Part shown: in pieces, positions 1 through 12,612 of the stretch
How positions within the stretch are numbered: the stretch's first letter is position 1
How the letters are laid out: each line of letters opens with the position of its first letter
NCBI GenBank assembly: GCA_964291215.2
Contig: OZ219791.1
Location: forward strand, 3,008,001 to 3,072,000
Length of the DNA: 64,000 bases
Source of the DNA: Alphaproteobacteria bacterium
GTDB taxonomy: Bacteria; Pseudomonadota; Alphaproteobacteria; MPNO01; UBA830
Direction of reading: 5' to 3'
Notes under the pieces: model-generated
What the model was told of the DNA's origin: nothing
Seen by the model: only the letters and a program-made list of their open reading frames with translations
The model's database searches: none
Position numbers and translations under genes: made by a program

Positions 1-370
1 GTCGGCGCAGGAGTTGCGCTCGATTTATCAGCACTTCGGGGCGCTTTCCGGCGCGCGCAGGGGCATCGCCTCGGTGCTGTGCATGATTTTGCTGGCTTGC
101 GAACCGGCGCGGTGGCGCACTACGACGCAGAAGGAGCTGGAGCAGCGTGGAAGAACAGGGACAAGCCGACCTCCAGATCGACCGTGCACCGGGTGCTGCA
201 GAACACCGACCCGGGATGATGCTCTGCGGCGCGCAGCCGCAGGTCGGCAACGACGGCAAGCGCGGCCGCACCGGCGAGGATCATTACGAGACGGCCTCGC
301 TGGCACGGGACCGGCATTCGATCCTCAACTATCACGACGGGGAGATCGCTGCCGTCCACGCCGCGACGGC
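1..370 (+). pseudogene. Degraded ISAs1-like transposase fragment (window edge)
   Basis: Frame-hopping peptides ELRSIYQHF..IASVLCMILLA, SRSTVHRVLQNTDP, NDGKR..HYETASL, LNYHDGEIAAV resemble the ISAs1-like remnant at 28.0-28.65 kb (ADGKRIRGGHHET, LNFDDGELAA). End approximate. Confidence 0.5.
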
Positions 371-419
371 GCCGGCCGTCTGCTTGGGTCCCGGCACATG
401 CCGCCGCCGGGCGTGGCTC

Positions 420-1625
420 TCAAGCAGTCGCGGCGGATCTTCCGGCAAGCGAATACCAGAGTGTAACCGCGGTGGCGAGAACGAGCAGCGGCGCGGCACC
501 GACATTGACCCAGGTCCAGCCGAAATAGTGGATCAGCGCGCCTGACGATAACGAGCCCATCCCGACCACCGTATACACGACCTGGTTCATCATGCCCTGC
601 GTCTTCGCGCGTTCGGACGGGGTATAAGCCGTGGTCATGAGCGTGTTCGCCGCGGTGAACGAGAAGTTCCACCCGACGCCGAGCAGCACCATCGCCAGCC
701 AGAAATCGAAGACCTCGATGCCGGAGAGCGCGACGGCGATGCAGGCCGCCTGCAGCACAAAGCCGGCAAGGATCATTCGCACCTCGCCGAAGCGGTTGAT
801 CAGGGATCCGGTGACGAAGCCCGGCGCGAACATCCCCACGATGTGCCAGGAGACCACGTCGGCCGCATTGCCGAACGCGTGGTTGCAATGGGCGACCATG
901 GCGATCGGCGTTGCGGTCATGAGAAAGTTCATGACGCACTGGGCGATGGTCGCTGATGTTGCGGCGGCGATGAAGACGGGCTGGCGCATTATCGTCGCGA
1001 GCGGCCGCTGCGGACCGGTCCTCTGCGCAACCGTGAGCTGCGGAATGTCGAGAAAGGCCAGCACCAGCGCCGCGGCCAGGGCGGTGCCGATCATGAACAG
1101 GAAGGCGCCTGCATAGACCGGGTCGGCGATGAGGTCCTTGCCCCACTTGGCGAGATTCGGGCCGGCGAAGCCTGCAAAGACCCCGCCGGCAAGGACCAGC
1201 GAGATGGCCTTGCGCTTGAAGGCCTCGGTAGCGACGTCGGCGGCCGCAAAACGGTAGAGCTGGGCGAAGCCGGAAAAGAAGCCAAACAGGAGGCCGCCGA
1301 GGGCAAGCAGCCAGAAGTTGCCGAAAACGACCGCACCGGTACAGGCGCCGCCGCTTGCCGCGGCAATCAGCGTGCCGGTGAGGAAGCCGGCCCTGCGGCC
1401 GACCCGCCTGCTGAAGAGCGAGGCTGGCATGGCCGCCAGCGCAGTGCCAACGACGATGAGCGCGGTCGGCAGCGTGGCCAGCGCCAGATGGGGGCCTATG
1501 CCGAGCGCCACGATGGGGGCGGTGACCATGAACAGCGACCGTCCCGTGCCGAACATCATCTGGCATGTCGAGAGGATCAGGACATTGTGCTGGTCGCGGG
1601 GAATCATCATTGCAGGGGCCGCCAT
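420..1625 (-). CDS. MFS transporter
   Basis: 401 aa, ~12 hydrophobic segments, MFS-like loops (SRRVGRR, INRFGE), YRFAAAD motif. Confidence 0.88.
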   Translation of the reverse strand: MAAPAMMIPRDQHNVLILSTCQMMFGTGRSLFMVTAPIVALGIGPHLALATLPTALIVVGTALAAMPASLFSRRVGRRAGFLTGTLIAAASGGACTGAVVFGNFWLLALGGLLFGFFSGFAQLYRFAAADVATEAFKRKAISLVLAGGVFAGFAGPNLAKWGKDLIADPVYAGAFLFMIGTALAAALVLAFLDIPQLTVAQRTGPQRPLATIMRQPVFIAAATSATIAQCVMNFLMTATPIAMVAHCNHAFGNAADVVSWHIVGMFAPGFVTGSLINRFGEVRMILAGFVLQAACIAVALSGIEVFDFWLAMVLLGVGWNFSFTAANTLMTTAYTPSERAKTQGMMNQVVYTVVGMGSLSSGALIHYFGWTWVNVGAAPLLVLATAVTLWYSLAGRSAATA

Positions 1626-1839
1626 TCACCGGAGCGATTCTGGGCCGACAGCACCTTCGGGTTCCGTCGGGGGGCATGGCATGCCGGCGGCGCCACGCCG
1701 GCCGCTTTCGGCGAAATCCGAAGCGCATGGAAACTCCGGCCCGCGAGCCGGAAGGCGCGCGGGCCGGTGTCTTGAACTCCTGTCCGTCTTGGACGGGTCC
1801 GTGGCGACGATGCCAAGCCGGACGGGACGGGCTGGGGAA

Positions 1840-2865
1840 TCAGGACGCCCGGTTGAAGAGTTCCTGCACCTTGCTGATGACGGCAGGCGGAGTTTTGAGC
1901 GTTTCGACAATCACCTTCTGGATGGAGGGGCCGGACGAGTAGGTTACCGAAAGCTTGCTCTTTTTCATGTCGGTAACGAATTTCGGGTCCTGGGCAACAT
2001 CCGCCATGGCCGCGCTCAGGAAGTCGATGCGATCCTTGGGCGTCTCCTTCGGTACGGCGAAACTGCGGCCGATGGTGACAAGCGACGTCATGAAATCGAC
2101 GATCGGCCGGTCTTCGGCCTTCACCAGATCCCGGAAGCGTGGCACGTTCGGGAAGTGGGCCGAGGGGCTGGGGCCCATCTGGATCACCGGCGTGACGAAT
2201 TTCTTGTCGAACCAGTCCTTGCGGTCGGTGACCCAAGCGAGGGAGCTAAGGTTGACGCCGGCCACTTCGCCCTGTTCGACCGCCAGCAGCATCTTGCGCG
2301 AACCCCTGTAGCCCTTGATGATCTTGATCTTGGTTCCGAGCAGCCCGTTGTAGAGTGCCGGCAGCTGGAACGTCTGCGAACCGACGCCCGAGGATCCGAA
2401 ATTCACCGCTGTCGTCGTCATGTCCTTCCACGACTTGACGCCGGTATCGCTGCGAAGCGCCGCCAGCGAGTTGACGCGGACGATGGCGCCGAGCCATGTG
2501 AAATCGTTGGAGTTGTACTTGGCAGCCTTCGGCTTGAGGAGCTGGGTGACGACCAGCGTGTCGGGCGGCAGGATGATCGCGAGGCCGTTCTTGGGGGCCA
2601 CGTTGGCGTAGTAGTTGGTCATCTTGAGGCCGCCCGAGCCCGGCATCGACTTCACGATCACTGAATCGGCTCCGATGCGTGGCTTGAGATGATTGGCCAT
2701 TGCGGTGGCGCTCTTGCCATAGGTGCCGCCGACGCCGTAGCCGATATAGATCTCGACGGATTTCCCCTTGTAGAATTCGGCAGCCGACTGGGCCGTCGCC
2801 GCAGCCGCCCCGCCGACGACAAACGCCGACGCAATCGCAGCCAGCCTGAAAGTCGCACGTGTCAT
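1840..2865 (-). CDS. Bug/TctC tripartite tricarboxylate transporter substrate-binding protein
   Basis: Signal peptide MTRATFRLAA..AQSAAEFYKGK; IGYGVGGTY, SMPGSGG and FGSSGVGS motifs. Start moved to ATG 2865 within the longer ORF. Confidence 0.85.
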   Translation of the reverse strand: MTRATFRLAAIASAFVVGGAAAATAQSAAEFYKGKSVEIYIGYGVGGTYGKSATAMANHLKPRIGADSVIVKSMPGSGGLKMTNYYANVAPKNGLAIILPPDTLVVTQLLKPKAAKYNSNDFTWLGAIVRVNSLAALRSDTGVKSWKDMTTTAVNFGSSGVGSQTFQLPALYNGLLGTKIKIIKGYRGSRKMLLAVEQGEVAGVNLSSLAWVTDRKDWFDKKFVTPVIQMGPSPSAHFPNVPRFRDLVKAEDRPIVDFMTSLVTIGRSFAVPKETPKDRIDFLSAAMADVAQDPKFVTDMKKSKLSVTYSSGPSIQKVIVETLKTPPAVISKVQELFNRAS

Positions 2866-3064
2866 GGGCCGTTGTCTCCCTGTTGCGGCGCCCCCGGGTC
2901 CATCCCGGAAGCGCCTTCGGTCAGGGGCCAAACGTAGCAGAAGGGCCGCCATGCCACAAAACCGCTCCGTCGCGGTGTCGGAGCGGGCGGCATCGACGGC
3001 GGGTTTGGCGGCCGGCGGGGAAGGGCCTATATTCTCGGTGGCGAAATCCTTCCGGAGGATGATC

Positions 3065-3691
3065 ATGGCAGCAGACGGCCGCACCGGCGAAGTCCCGGAG
3101 CAACTCGCGCGCATCGGCGCGCTTCCGGTTCCCGCGCCGGAGTCGCTTGACGAGGATCTGCAGAAATACATGGATGTATGCGAGGAGAAGCTCGGACACG
3201 TGCCGAACGTCATGAAGGTGTTTTCGCTCCGGCCGGCCAAGCTCAGGACATTCATCGCGAAGTACAACGAACTGATGCTTTCCGGCGAGACGGGCCTCAC
3301 TCGCCTCGAACGCGAGATGGTCGCGGTCGTCGTTTCCTGCGCCAACCGTTGCGTCTACTGCATCACTTCGCACGGCCAGGCGGTGCGGGAATTCTCGGGC
3401 GATCCGGTGCTCGGCGACATCCTGACAGTGAACTACCGGGAGGCCGAACTGACGCCGCGCCAGCGCGCGCTGCTCGATCATGCATGGAAGCTGACGACAA
3501 ACCCGTCCGAGGCCGGGGAGCAGGATCGCGCGCGGTTGCAGGACGCCGGGCTCACGGACGAGGAGATATTCGACCTCACCGACGTCATTGCCTATTTCAA
3601 CTACACCAACCGCATGACGCACGGCCTTGGCATGCAGCCCAACGAATACTATTTCGGGCGCAACCGCCTGCCCGACCCGGCGGCCGGATAG
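3065..3691 (+). CDS. AhpD-like peroxidase-related enzyme (CMD family)
   Basis: EMVAVVVSCANRCVYCITSHG (CxxC..H) and AYFNYTNR; GGAGG RBS before ATG 3065. Confidence 0.88.
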   Translation: MAADGRTGEVPEQLARIGALPVPAPESLDEDLQKYMDVCEEKLGHVPNVMKVFSLRPAKLRTFIAKYNELMLSGETGLTRLEREMVAVVVSCANRCVYCITSHGQAVREFSGDPVLGDILTVNYREAELTPRQRALLDHAWKLTTNPSEAGEQDRARLQDAGLTDEEIFDLTDVIAYFNYTNRMTHGLGMQPNEYYFGRNRLPDPAAG

Positions 3692-3703
3692 CTGCCGCGC
3701 CGT

Positions 3704-4108
3704 CTATTGCTTGCGCCTGCTTTGGGCCCAGTCGTGGTCCGATATGTCGAAGACGAGGCCGTTCGGATCCTTGTACTTGGTCTCGGCATCGATTCCCGGT
3801 ATGCCGTCGGGCAGTTCCATGAAGAAGGAGCCGCCCTGTTCCTCGATCATGGCGCCGGATGCCTCCTTGTCGTCGACGATGAAGCCGAAATGGTGCAATC
3901 CGGCCCAGTCCGGCCCGTTGACGCCGCCCTTGGTTCCCTCAGGAAAATGCAACAGCGTCAGGTTTACGGTGCCGTCGGACAGCATGACGGCGTTGCCGTA
4001 TTCGGTCTCGACATCGCGCACCCGATCAAGCTCGAATATCCGTTCGTAGAAGGCGGCCGCCTCCTGGAGATTCGGCACCTGCATTGCTATGTGGCGCAGC
4101 TTGGCCAT
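3704..4108 (-). CDS. VOC/glyoxalase family protein
   Basis: MAKLRHIAMQV..FYERIF, GLHHFGFIVDD, KYKDPNGLVFDIS; RBS upstream. Confidence 0.88.
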   Translation of the reverse strand: MAKLRHIAMQVPNLQEAAAFYERIFELDRVRDVETEYGNAVMLSDGTVNLTLLHFPEGTKGGVNGPDWAGLHHFGFIVDDKEASGAMIEEQGGSFFMELPDGIPGIDAETKYKDPNGLVFDISDHDWAQSRRKQ

Positions 4109-4171
4109 GTCCGGCCCTCCCCCTTGCGGAGTGAAGCCGGGATTGTGTGCCAGAGTCGATAGTCTGTCCAC

Positions 4172-5323
4172 ATGCGCATTACCGCCATTCGCGAACGGGC
4201 CGTGTCGCTGGCGCGGCCGGTATCCAACGCTGCCATCGGCTTCCACGAAATGACCGCGTCCGCGGTTGCGGTCGACATCGACACCGGACGCGAAATCGTG
4301 ACCGGATACGGCTTTTCATCGGTCGGGCGCTACGCCCAGAGCGGCCTGATCGCCGAGCGCTTCGCACCGCGGCTGCTCGCCGGCCCCGATCTGGCGGAGA
4401 CCGGCAGCACGTTCGACCCGGCCGGCGCGCAGCAAACGATGAGGGTTGGCGAGAAGCCCGGGGGCGATGGCGACCGCGCTGGCGCGGTTGGGGTCCTTGA
4501 CATGGCGCTCTGGGATGCCGCGGCCAAGATCGCCGACATGCCGCTGTGGCGCCTGGTCGCCGACCGGCGCAGCGGCGTCGGGCCGGTGCCGGTTTACGCG
4601 ACGGGCGGGCACTATCATGGCGACGGCGATCTCGGGGCGCTCGCCGATGAGATCCGCGGCTATCTCGACCAGGGGTACTCGCGGGTCAAGATCAAGTGCG
4701 GCCGCGATGGCCTCGATGACGACAGGGCGCGCATCGAGGCGGTGTTGCCGCTGCTCGGCGGCCGTGGGGACCGCCTCGCGGTCGACGTCAACTGTTGCTG
4801 TCGCGACGCGGCGGCCGCAGTAGCGCTGGCGGAGGCGTTCGCCCCCTATGGGCTTGCCTAGATCGAGGAGCCCGGGCATCCGCATGACTTTGCGATGCTG
4901 GCAATGCTCGCCGCGGGCTGGCCGACGCCGCTCGCGACGGGAGAGAACCTGTTTTCGTGGCAGGAGGCGCGCAACCTGTTGCGCCATGGCGGGCTGCGGC
5001 CCGACCGCGATCTTCTGCAGATCGACCCGCCACTTGCCTACGGCCTCCCGGAATACGAGATCATCCTCCGGATGGCGGGAGCAGAAGGCTGGTCGAGGGC
5101 GCGGATGCTGCCTCACGCCGGACACCTGTTCGCGTTCCACCTCGTTGCCGGGCTGGGGCTCGGCGGCCACGAGGTTGCAGCGGACCCCGGCTTCGTCATC
5201 GGCGGCCTGCCCGCGGGTTCGATTGTCGACGACGGCCGTGCGTCGCTGCCGGACACGCCGGGCATCGGCTTCGAAGCCCATCCGCAGCTCCGGGCGGTTC
5301 CGGGGCAGTTGACGTCGCGCTGA
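4172..5323 (+). pseudogene. Mandelate racemase/enolase superfamily enzyme (D-tartrate dehydratase-like) with internal TAG
   Basis: ORFs 4172-4861 and 4895-5323 are in one frame, separated only by TAG 4859-4861 in YGLA*IEEPG. Motifs DMALWD, VKIK, LAVDVN, LATGEN. Confidence 0.8.
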
Positions 5324-5468
5324 CCGGCGTGCCGGGAGGGCCACGACGTGTCGTCGGCCTTGAGGCCTGTCCGGCCGTTCACTAGAGTGGAGCGACGGCA
5401 CCAGGGGTTCAGTGCCGCCGCGGTTGCGCACCGCCGCACGGCGGCATAATCTGCGGTCCAGCACCTGA

Positions 5469-6689
<1,221 letters not shown>

Positions 6690-6740
6690 ACATCGCCGCC
6701 GGGCGTCGTGGCGGGCGGGCAAGCAAGGAGGACTAGGCAA

Positions 6741-8774
6741 ATGAGTGACGCTACGCGCTGCGCCGCGATCGTCGGCCCCTACCTGAGCGGCAAGACGACC
6801 CTTCTCGAGAGTCTCCTGTTCATGGCGGGCGCCATCCACCGCAAGGGCTCCATCAAGGAGGGCAACACGGTCGGCGACTCCTCGGAAGAGGCGAGGACCC
6901 GGCAGATGAGCACGGAAATGACCGCGGCCAGCATGACCTATCTTCGGGACGACTGGGCGCTCCTCGACTGCCCGGGCTCTGTCGAGCTGATGCAGGACGC
7001 GCTGAACGCGCTCGATGTCGCCGACATCGCGGTGATGGTCATCGAGCCGCTCGAAAGCCGGATCGCGACTTTGTCGCCGCTCTTCAAGGCGCTCGATTCC
7101 CGCGACATCCCCCACATGGTCTTCATCAACAAGGTCGATACCATCACCGAATCGGTGGCGGATGTCGTGACCGGGCTGCGCGAGGTCGCCAACTGTCCGC
7201 TTCTGCTTCGGGAATATCCGATCGTCACCGGCGAGTCCGTCACCGGCTATGTCGATCTCATCAGCCGCCGGGCATACAGCTATGTCGAGGGCCAGGAATC
7301 CGCCGAAATCGAGCTTCCTGCCGACCTTTCCGACGAGATCGAGCTGGCGCGGACGGAAATGCTCGAAGTCCTCGCCAACTTCGATGACGCGATCCTGGAG
7401 ATGCTGCTCGAGGACCAGACACCGGACGTCGACGAGATCTACGAGAAGGTCGGCGGCGCCTTGGGCGACGGACATCTCGTGCCGGTGTATTTCGGATCGG
7501 CGGAACGCAATTTCGGCATTCGGCGCCTGCTCAAGGCGTTGCGCCACGATACTCCCGGTCCCGGGCGGCGGGCTGCCGCGCTGGGCCTGGAAGGCGACGA
7601 CGATGCCACGGTGCAGGTCTTCAAGACCTACCATGCCCAACACAGCGGCAAGATCTCGCTGGGGCGGGTCTGGCGCGGCGAGATCAGCGATGGCCAGACC
7701 CTTTCCGGCAGCCGCATCGGGGGGGTGCAGAAGTTCCTCGGCGGCCAGATCGAGAAGGTCGAACGGGCGGGCTTTGGCGCTGTCGTCGGCCTCGGTCGCA
7801 TGGAAGCCGTGCGTACCGGAGACGCCCTGTCCGCTTCCGCATCGGAGCCCGACCGTTCGCGCTGGAGCGATCCTCTGGTTCCGGTCTATTCGCTGGCCAT
7901 CAGCTCTGCGAACAGGAACGACGAGGTCAAGCTGACCAGCGGGCTGCAGCGTCTGAACGAGGAGGACCCCTCGCTGATCTATGTGCAGAACGACGAGACC
8001 CATGAATTGGTTCTCATGGGCCAGGGCGACATCCATCTGCAGATTGCGCTGGAAAAGCTGCAGTCGAAGTACAGCGTGTCGGCGAACTCGACGCAGCCGA
8101 GCGTGTCGTACAAGGAGACCATTCGCAAGCCGGTAACCCAGAAGGGACGCTTCAAGCGTCAGACCGGCGGGCACGGCATGTTCGGGGATGTCACTGTCGA
8201 CATAGCGCCGCTTGCCCGGGGCGGCGGCTTCGAGTTCTCGGACAAGATCGTCGGCGGTGCCATTCCCCGACAGTACATTCCGGCCGTCGAGGCCGGAATC
8301 CGGGAATTCTCGGTCGAGGGACCGCTCGGTTTCCCGGTGGTCGATTTCACTGTCACCCTGACCGACGGCCAGTTCCATTCGGTCGACAGCAACGAGATGT
8401 CGTTCAAGCTTGCCGCCCGTGTCGCCATGACGGAGGGGTTGCCCAAGTGTGCGCCCGTGCTGCTCGAGCCGATTGCCAAGGTGACGATCGACGTGCCGTC
8501 CGAACACACCAACAAGGTGCACGGGCTCGTCAGCAGCAAGCGCGGGCAGATTCTGGGATTCGAGGCGAAGGGGGGCTGGAAGGGCTGGGATTCGCTGCAC
8601 AGCTACCTGCCCGAATCCGAGATCATAGACCTGATCGTCAAGTTGCGTTCGCTGACCCAGGGAGTCGGAACCTATACGGCCGAGTTTGATCACCTCCAGG
8701 AGTTGACGGGCCGGCTCGCCGACGACATAGTCGAGCGCCGGGCGGCGCAGCGCGAGGAGCAGCGCACTAGCTGA
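6741..8774 (+). CDS. Elongation factor G paralogue (EF-G2-like)
   Basis: GPYLSGKTT, DCPG, NKVD G-motifs; domain IV/V motifs QTGGHGMFGDV, HSVDSNEMSF; AGGAGG RBS; not in the str operon. Confidence 0.9.
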   Translation: MSDATRCAAIVGPYLSGKTTLLESLLFMAGAIHRKGSIKEGNTVGDSSEEARTRQMSTEMTAASMTYLRDDWALLDCPGSVELMQDALNALDVADIAVMVIEPLESRIATLSPLFKALDSRDIPHMVFINKVDTITESVADVVTGLREVANCPLLLREYPIVTGESVTGYVDLISRRAYSYVEGQESAEIELPADLSDEIELARTEMLEVLANFDDAILEMLLEDQTPDVDEIYEKVGGALGDGHLVPVYFGSAERNFGIRRLLKALRHDTPGPGRRAAALGLEGDDDATVQVFKTYHAQHSGKISLGRVWRGEISDGQTLSGSRIGGVQKFLGGQIEKVERAGFGAVVGLGRMEAVRTGDALSASASEPDRSRWSDPLVPVYSLAISSANRNDEVKLTSGLQRLNEEDPSLIYVQNDETHELVLMGQGDIHLQIALEKLQSKYSVSANSTQPSVSYKETIRKPVTQKGRFKRQTGGHGMFGDVTVDIAPLARGGGFEFSDKIVGGAIPRQYIPAVEAGIREFSVEGPLGFPVVDFTVTLTDGQFHSVDSNEMSFKLAARVAMTEGLPKCAPVLLEPIAKVTIDVPSEHTNKVHGLVSSKRGQILGFEAKGGWKGWDSLHSYLPESEIIDLIVKLRSLTQGVGTYTAEFDHLQELTGRLADDIVERRAAQREEQRTS

Positions 8775-8898
8775 CCGGAAGCCCCCCGGGGGTTGCATCG
8801 GGAACAGGCCAGCAGCCGATTCGCCTTGGCGGGGGATCGCCCGGTGGGACTGTCGTATAGTGCGCTTCCGGCCCGCATTCCGCGCATGAAGACGCCCC

Positions 8899-10653
8899 AT
8901 GAACGTATTTCGCCTGTTCCGCGCCGAGATAGAAGCCTCGCTCCGGGCGATGGCTGCTGCTGGTGACCTTCCGTCCGACCTTGCCTTCGACCGCATTTCG
9001 GTCGAGCCGCCGCGCGACCCGGCGCACGGCGACATTTCCTCGAACGCGGCGATGGTCCTCGCCCGCGCCGCCGGGTGGAAGCCACGTGAACTTGCGGCGC
9101 GCCTTGCGACGATGCTTGAGGCCGGGAGCAAGGTGGACGCTGCCGAGGTCGCTGGCCCCGGCTTCATAAACCTTCGCGTCCCGAGATCCGTGTGGCAGTC
9201 CTGTGTGGGGGACATTCTCGAGGCCGGAGTTGGCTACGGCGATTCGACGATCGGAGCCGGACGGGCAGTCAACGTCGAGTACGTATCGGCGAACCCGACT
9301 GGTCCGATGCATGTCGGCCATGCCCGTGGCGCGGTGATCGGAGATGTGCTCGCTGCGCTCTTCGACAAGGCCGGATACAGGGTTACCCGCGAATACTACG
9401 TCAATGACGCCGGCGCACAGGTCGATGCGCTCGCGCAGTCCGTGCTGCTCCGCTATCGGCAGGCGCTCGGCGAGGAGATCGGCGAAATACCCGAAGGGTT
9501 GTATCCCGGCGATTACCTGGTGGCTGTCGGTGAGGCGTTGGCCGAGCGTGACGGCGACCGCTGGGCCGGTGCGCCGGAAGTGGATGCGCTGCCCGAAATC
9601 CGCGACTTTGCCGTCGACGCGATGATGGCAGCGGTCCGCGACGATCTTGCGGCTCTGGGAATCCGCCATGACGTGTTCCGCTCGGAACGGGAGCTGCACG
9701 AGGATGGAGCGATCGGGCGGGTGACCGAAGACCTTGAACGGCGCGGCCTTGTCTATCTTGGAACCATCGAGGCGCCCAAGGGGCGGCATTCGGAGGACTG
9801 GGAAGCGCGCGAGCAGCTATTGTTTCGAGCGACCGGGTTCGGTGACGACAGCGATCGCCCGCTGCGGAAATCCGACGGCAGCTGGACCTATTTCGCCGCC
9901 GACATGGCCTACCATCTTGACAAGTTCCGGCGCGGCTTTGCCGAAATGATCGATGTCTGGGGTGCCGATCACAAGGGATATGTGAAACGGATGCGGGCTG
10001 CGGTCGAGGCGATCACCGATGCCGGAGCGTCGCTTGACGTGCGCATCTGCAATCTCGTCAACCTCTTCGAAAGCGGCCGGCCGGTGAAGATGTCGAAGCG
10101 TACCGGCACGTTCGTGACGCTGCGCGAGGTGGTCGACGAGGTCGGTGCGGACGCGGTGCGCTTCATGATGCTGACGCGTTCGAGCGAGGCGGCGCTGGAT
10201 TTCGATCTCGCTGAGGTCGTCGCCCAGTCTCGCGACAATCCCGTATTCTATGTCCAGTATGCCCATGCGCGGGCCTGTTCAATCCTGCGCAATGCGAAGG
10301 ACGTGTTCCCGGCGCTCGCCACCGGCGATTCCGAGCTTGCCGGCGCCGACCTGTCGCTGCTCGAAGACGATGCCGAGCTTGCCCTCGTTCGCCTGCTTGC
10401 GGGATGGCCGCGGCTGGTGGAGACGGCGGCGTCGGCGCGTGAACCGCACCGCGTCGCCTATTATCTGCGCGATGTCGCCGGTGCGTTTCACGGCCTTTGG
10501 AACAAGGGCAACGACAACCCGGAGCTGCGTTTTCTTGTCGCCGATGACGAAGCGTTGACCCGGGCGCGTCTGGCGCTTGTCCGGGCCGCGGCGGTGGTCG
10601 TGGCGTCGGGACTCGCGGTCATCGGCGTGCGGCCGGCGGAGGTAATGCGCTGA
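8899..10653 (+). CDS. argS: Arginine--tRNA ligase
   Basis: [12 protein letters not shown] (HIGH motif), [20 protein letters not shown]. Confidence 0.97.
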   Translation: MNVFRLFRAEIEASLRAMAAAGDLPSDLAFDRISVEPPRDPAHGDISSNAAMVLARAAGWKPRELAARLATMLEAGSKVDAAEVAGPGFINLRVPRSVWQSCVGDILEAGVGYGDSTIGAGRAVNVEYVSANPTGPMHVGHARGAVIGDVLAALFDKAGYRVTREYYVNDAGAQVDALAQSVLLRYRQALGEEIGEIPEGLYPGDYLVAVGEALAERDGDRWAGAPEVDALPEIRDFAVDAMMAAVRDDLAALGIRHDVFRSERELHEDGAIGRVTEDLERRGLVYLGTIEAPKGRHSEDWEAREQLLFRATGFGDDSDRPLRKSDGSWTYFAADMAYHLDKFRRGFAEMIDVWGADHKGYVKRMRAAVEAITDAGASLDVRICNLVNLFESGRPVKMSKRTGTFVTLREVVDEVGADAVRFMMLTRSSEAALDFDLAEVVAQSRDNPVFYVQYAHARACSILRNAKDVFPALATGDSELAGADLSLLEDDAELALVRLLAGWPRLVETAASAREPHRVAYYLRDVAGAFHGLWNKGNDNPELRFLVADDEALTRARLALVRAAAVVVASGLAVIGVRPAEVMR

Positions 10654-11471
10654 TGGTGCGAAACGACCGGGTGGGCGCGGATAAAAGGCTTCCTGCGAGC
10701 GGTGACGGTCCGCCGTCGCCCGGACATCCGCTGCAGTTGCGCCTTGCAAGAACGCTGATCGCCGCAGCGGTTGTTCTTGCCGTCGGCGGGATTGCTACGG
10801 TCGTGGTTCGCATCGGCGGCGGCGACCCTGGCCGTCCGCCGCTGGTTGCGGCGCCGGCCGGATCGTTCAAGGCCCGGCCGGCCGATCCCGGCGGTGCCAC
10901 GATCCCTGACCGCGACAAGGAGATCTTCGAGCGTCTTGACGGCCGCGGACCGCGGTCAGCGGAACGGCTTCTTCCGCGGCCGGAAGAGCCCCTCCGCAAC
11001 CGGATCAAGAGCGCCAGCGCGCCGGCCGCTGCACCTGCCAGGGGTGCGGCCGGGGAAGCGACGGCGCCGATACCCGAGACGCCGGCAGCGGTCCCGGCAA
11101 CCGATCCCGCGGTTTCCCCGGGGATGCCGAAGAAGCCTGCACCGCGCCCGTCGGTTTCCGAAGAGGTGCCGAAGAATGCTGCACTGCAGCCGCGGGCAGT
11201 TGCGGACCCCCATCCGGACGGCCGCTTCATGGTCCAGTTGTCCTCGTTGCGTTCGGAGGGTGCGGTTCGCCGGGCATGGCTGGACCTGCAGCAGCGTCAC
11301 CGGGATCTTCTCGGCGGGTTATCGCTCTATATCCGGCGGGCCCTGCCGGCTGGCGAGAAGCAGGCCTTCTACCGCATGCGTGCCGGGCCGCTGTCAACGC
11401 GGAAGGCTGCAAAGGACCTGTGTTCGCGCCTCAAGGCCCGCCGGCTCGATTGCCTGGTCGTCAGCCGTTGA
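10653..11471 (+). CDS. SPOR domain cell-division protein
   Basis: TM helix, Pro/Ala linker, C-terminal VQLSS..FYRMRAGP..C..C SPOR domain; usual position between argS and nagZ. Confidence 0.85.
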   Translation: MVRNDRVGADKRLPASGDGPPSPGHPLQLRLARTLIAAAVVLAVGGIATVVVRIGGGDPGRPPLVAAPAGSFKARPADPGGATIPDRDKEIFERLDGRGPRSAERLLPRPEEPLRNRIKSASAPAAAPARGAAGEATAPIPETPAAVPATDPAVSPGMPKKPAPRPSVSEEVPKNAALQPRAVADPHPDGRFMVQLSSLRSEGAVRRAWLDLQQRHRDLLGGLSLYIRRALPAGEKQAFYRMRAGPLSTRKAAKDLCSRLKARRLDCLVVSR

Positions 11472-12514
11472 CGACAGGTGGCAGGACGCGCCGCCTGCCG
11501 CCGAAAGCGGTTGTCTTCGGCTGTTCCGGGACGGTCCTCAATGCGGAGGAGTGGCGGTTCTTCGAGGAAAGCCGGCCTCTCGGCTTCATCCTGTTCGGGC
11601 GCAATATCGCGAGCGCCGGACAGGTCAGGAAACTTGTTGCGGACCTGCGCCACGCGGTCTCGAGGCCCGACGCGCCTGTCCTGATCGACCAGGAAGGCGG
11701 GCGTGTCCAGCGGCTCGGGCCTCCCTGCTGGCCACGGCGCCCGGCCATGCGCTTGTTCGGCCAGGCCATGGCCCGTGATCCCGAAGGTGCTGTCGCGTAC
11801 GCGCGCCTCAATGCGGAACTGATCGCTGCCGATCTCCGGGCGCTGGGAATTGATGTCAATTGCGCCCCTGTTCTTGACCTCGATCTGCCCGAGGGTCACG
11901 ACGTGATCGGCGACCGGGCGTTTTCCGACGATCCCGCGGTGGTGGCGGCACTCGGAGGTGCGGTTTGCGAGGGGCTGATGTCGGGCGGCGTCATTCCGGT
12001 CATCAAGCACCTGCCGGGCCATGGCCGCGCAACCGTTGACAGCCATGTCGGCCTGCCGCGCGTCCGGACCCCGGCCGGGCTGTTGTCGGCCACCGATTTC
12101 GCGCCGTTTGCGGCGCTCTCCGAGGCGGTGGCCGGAATGACGGCGCATGTCGTCTACGAGGCTATCGACGGCTCTGGCCCGGCAAGCACGTCCGGGGCCG
12201 TCATCGCCCGGACCATCCGGCAGGATATCGGCTTTGGCGGTCTTCTCCTTTCAGACGACATATGCATGAAGGCCTTGACGGGCTTGCCGGAGGAACGTGT
12301 TGCTGCCGTCCTTGATGCCGGTTGCGACATTGCACTTCACTGCGACGGTAATCTCGCCGATATGCGGGCCGTTGCGGAAGCCTGTCCGGCGATGACCGCG
12401 GACGCCGTGGCGCGGCTGGAACGCGCTCGCCGTGCTGGCCGGCAGCAGCCTGGCGGGCATCACCGTGCGGATGCGGCGCGGCAGGTCGCGGCTTTCCTCG
12501 CCGCGGCAGGATAG
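11468..12514 (+). CDS. nagZ: Beta-N-acetylhexosaminidase (GH3)
   Basis: IDQEGGRVQR, KHLPGHG, DSH, SDD motifs. TTG start inferred from the overlap with the SPOR gene stop. Confidence 0.93.
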   Translation: MTTGGRTRRLPPKAVVFGCSGTVLNAEEWRFFEESRPLGFILFGRNIASAGQVRKLVADLRHAVSRPDAPVLIDQEGGRVQRLGPPCWPRRPAMRLFGQAMARDPEGAVAYARLNAELIAADLRALGIDVNCAPVLDLDLPEGHDVIGDRAFSDDPAVVAALGGAVCEGLMSGGVIPVIKHLPGHGRATVDSHVGLPRVRTPAGLLSATDFAPFAALSEAVAGMTAHVVYEAIDGSGPASTSGAVIARTIRQDIGFGGLLLSDDICMKALTGLPEERVAAVLDAGCDIALHCDGNLADMRAVAEACPAMTADAVARLERARRAGRQQPGGHHRADAARQVAAFLAAAG

Positions 12515-12612
12515 CCGGCAAACCGTCCATGTGATTCGTCCGACCGGCGGGGAAACCGGTATAGTCGATGTGATCGGGGTGCGCCTTCGGTCGGCGTTTG
12601 GCGAGAGGTGTC

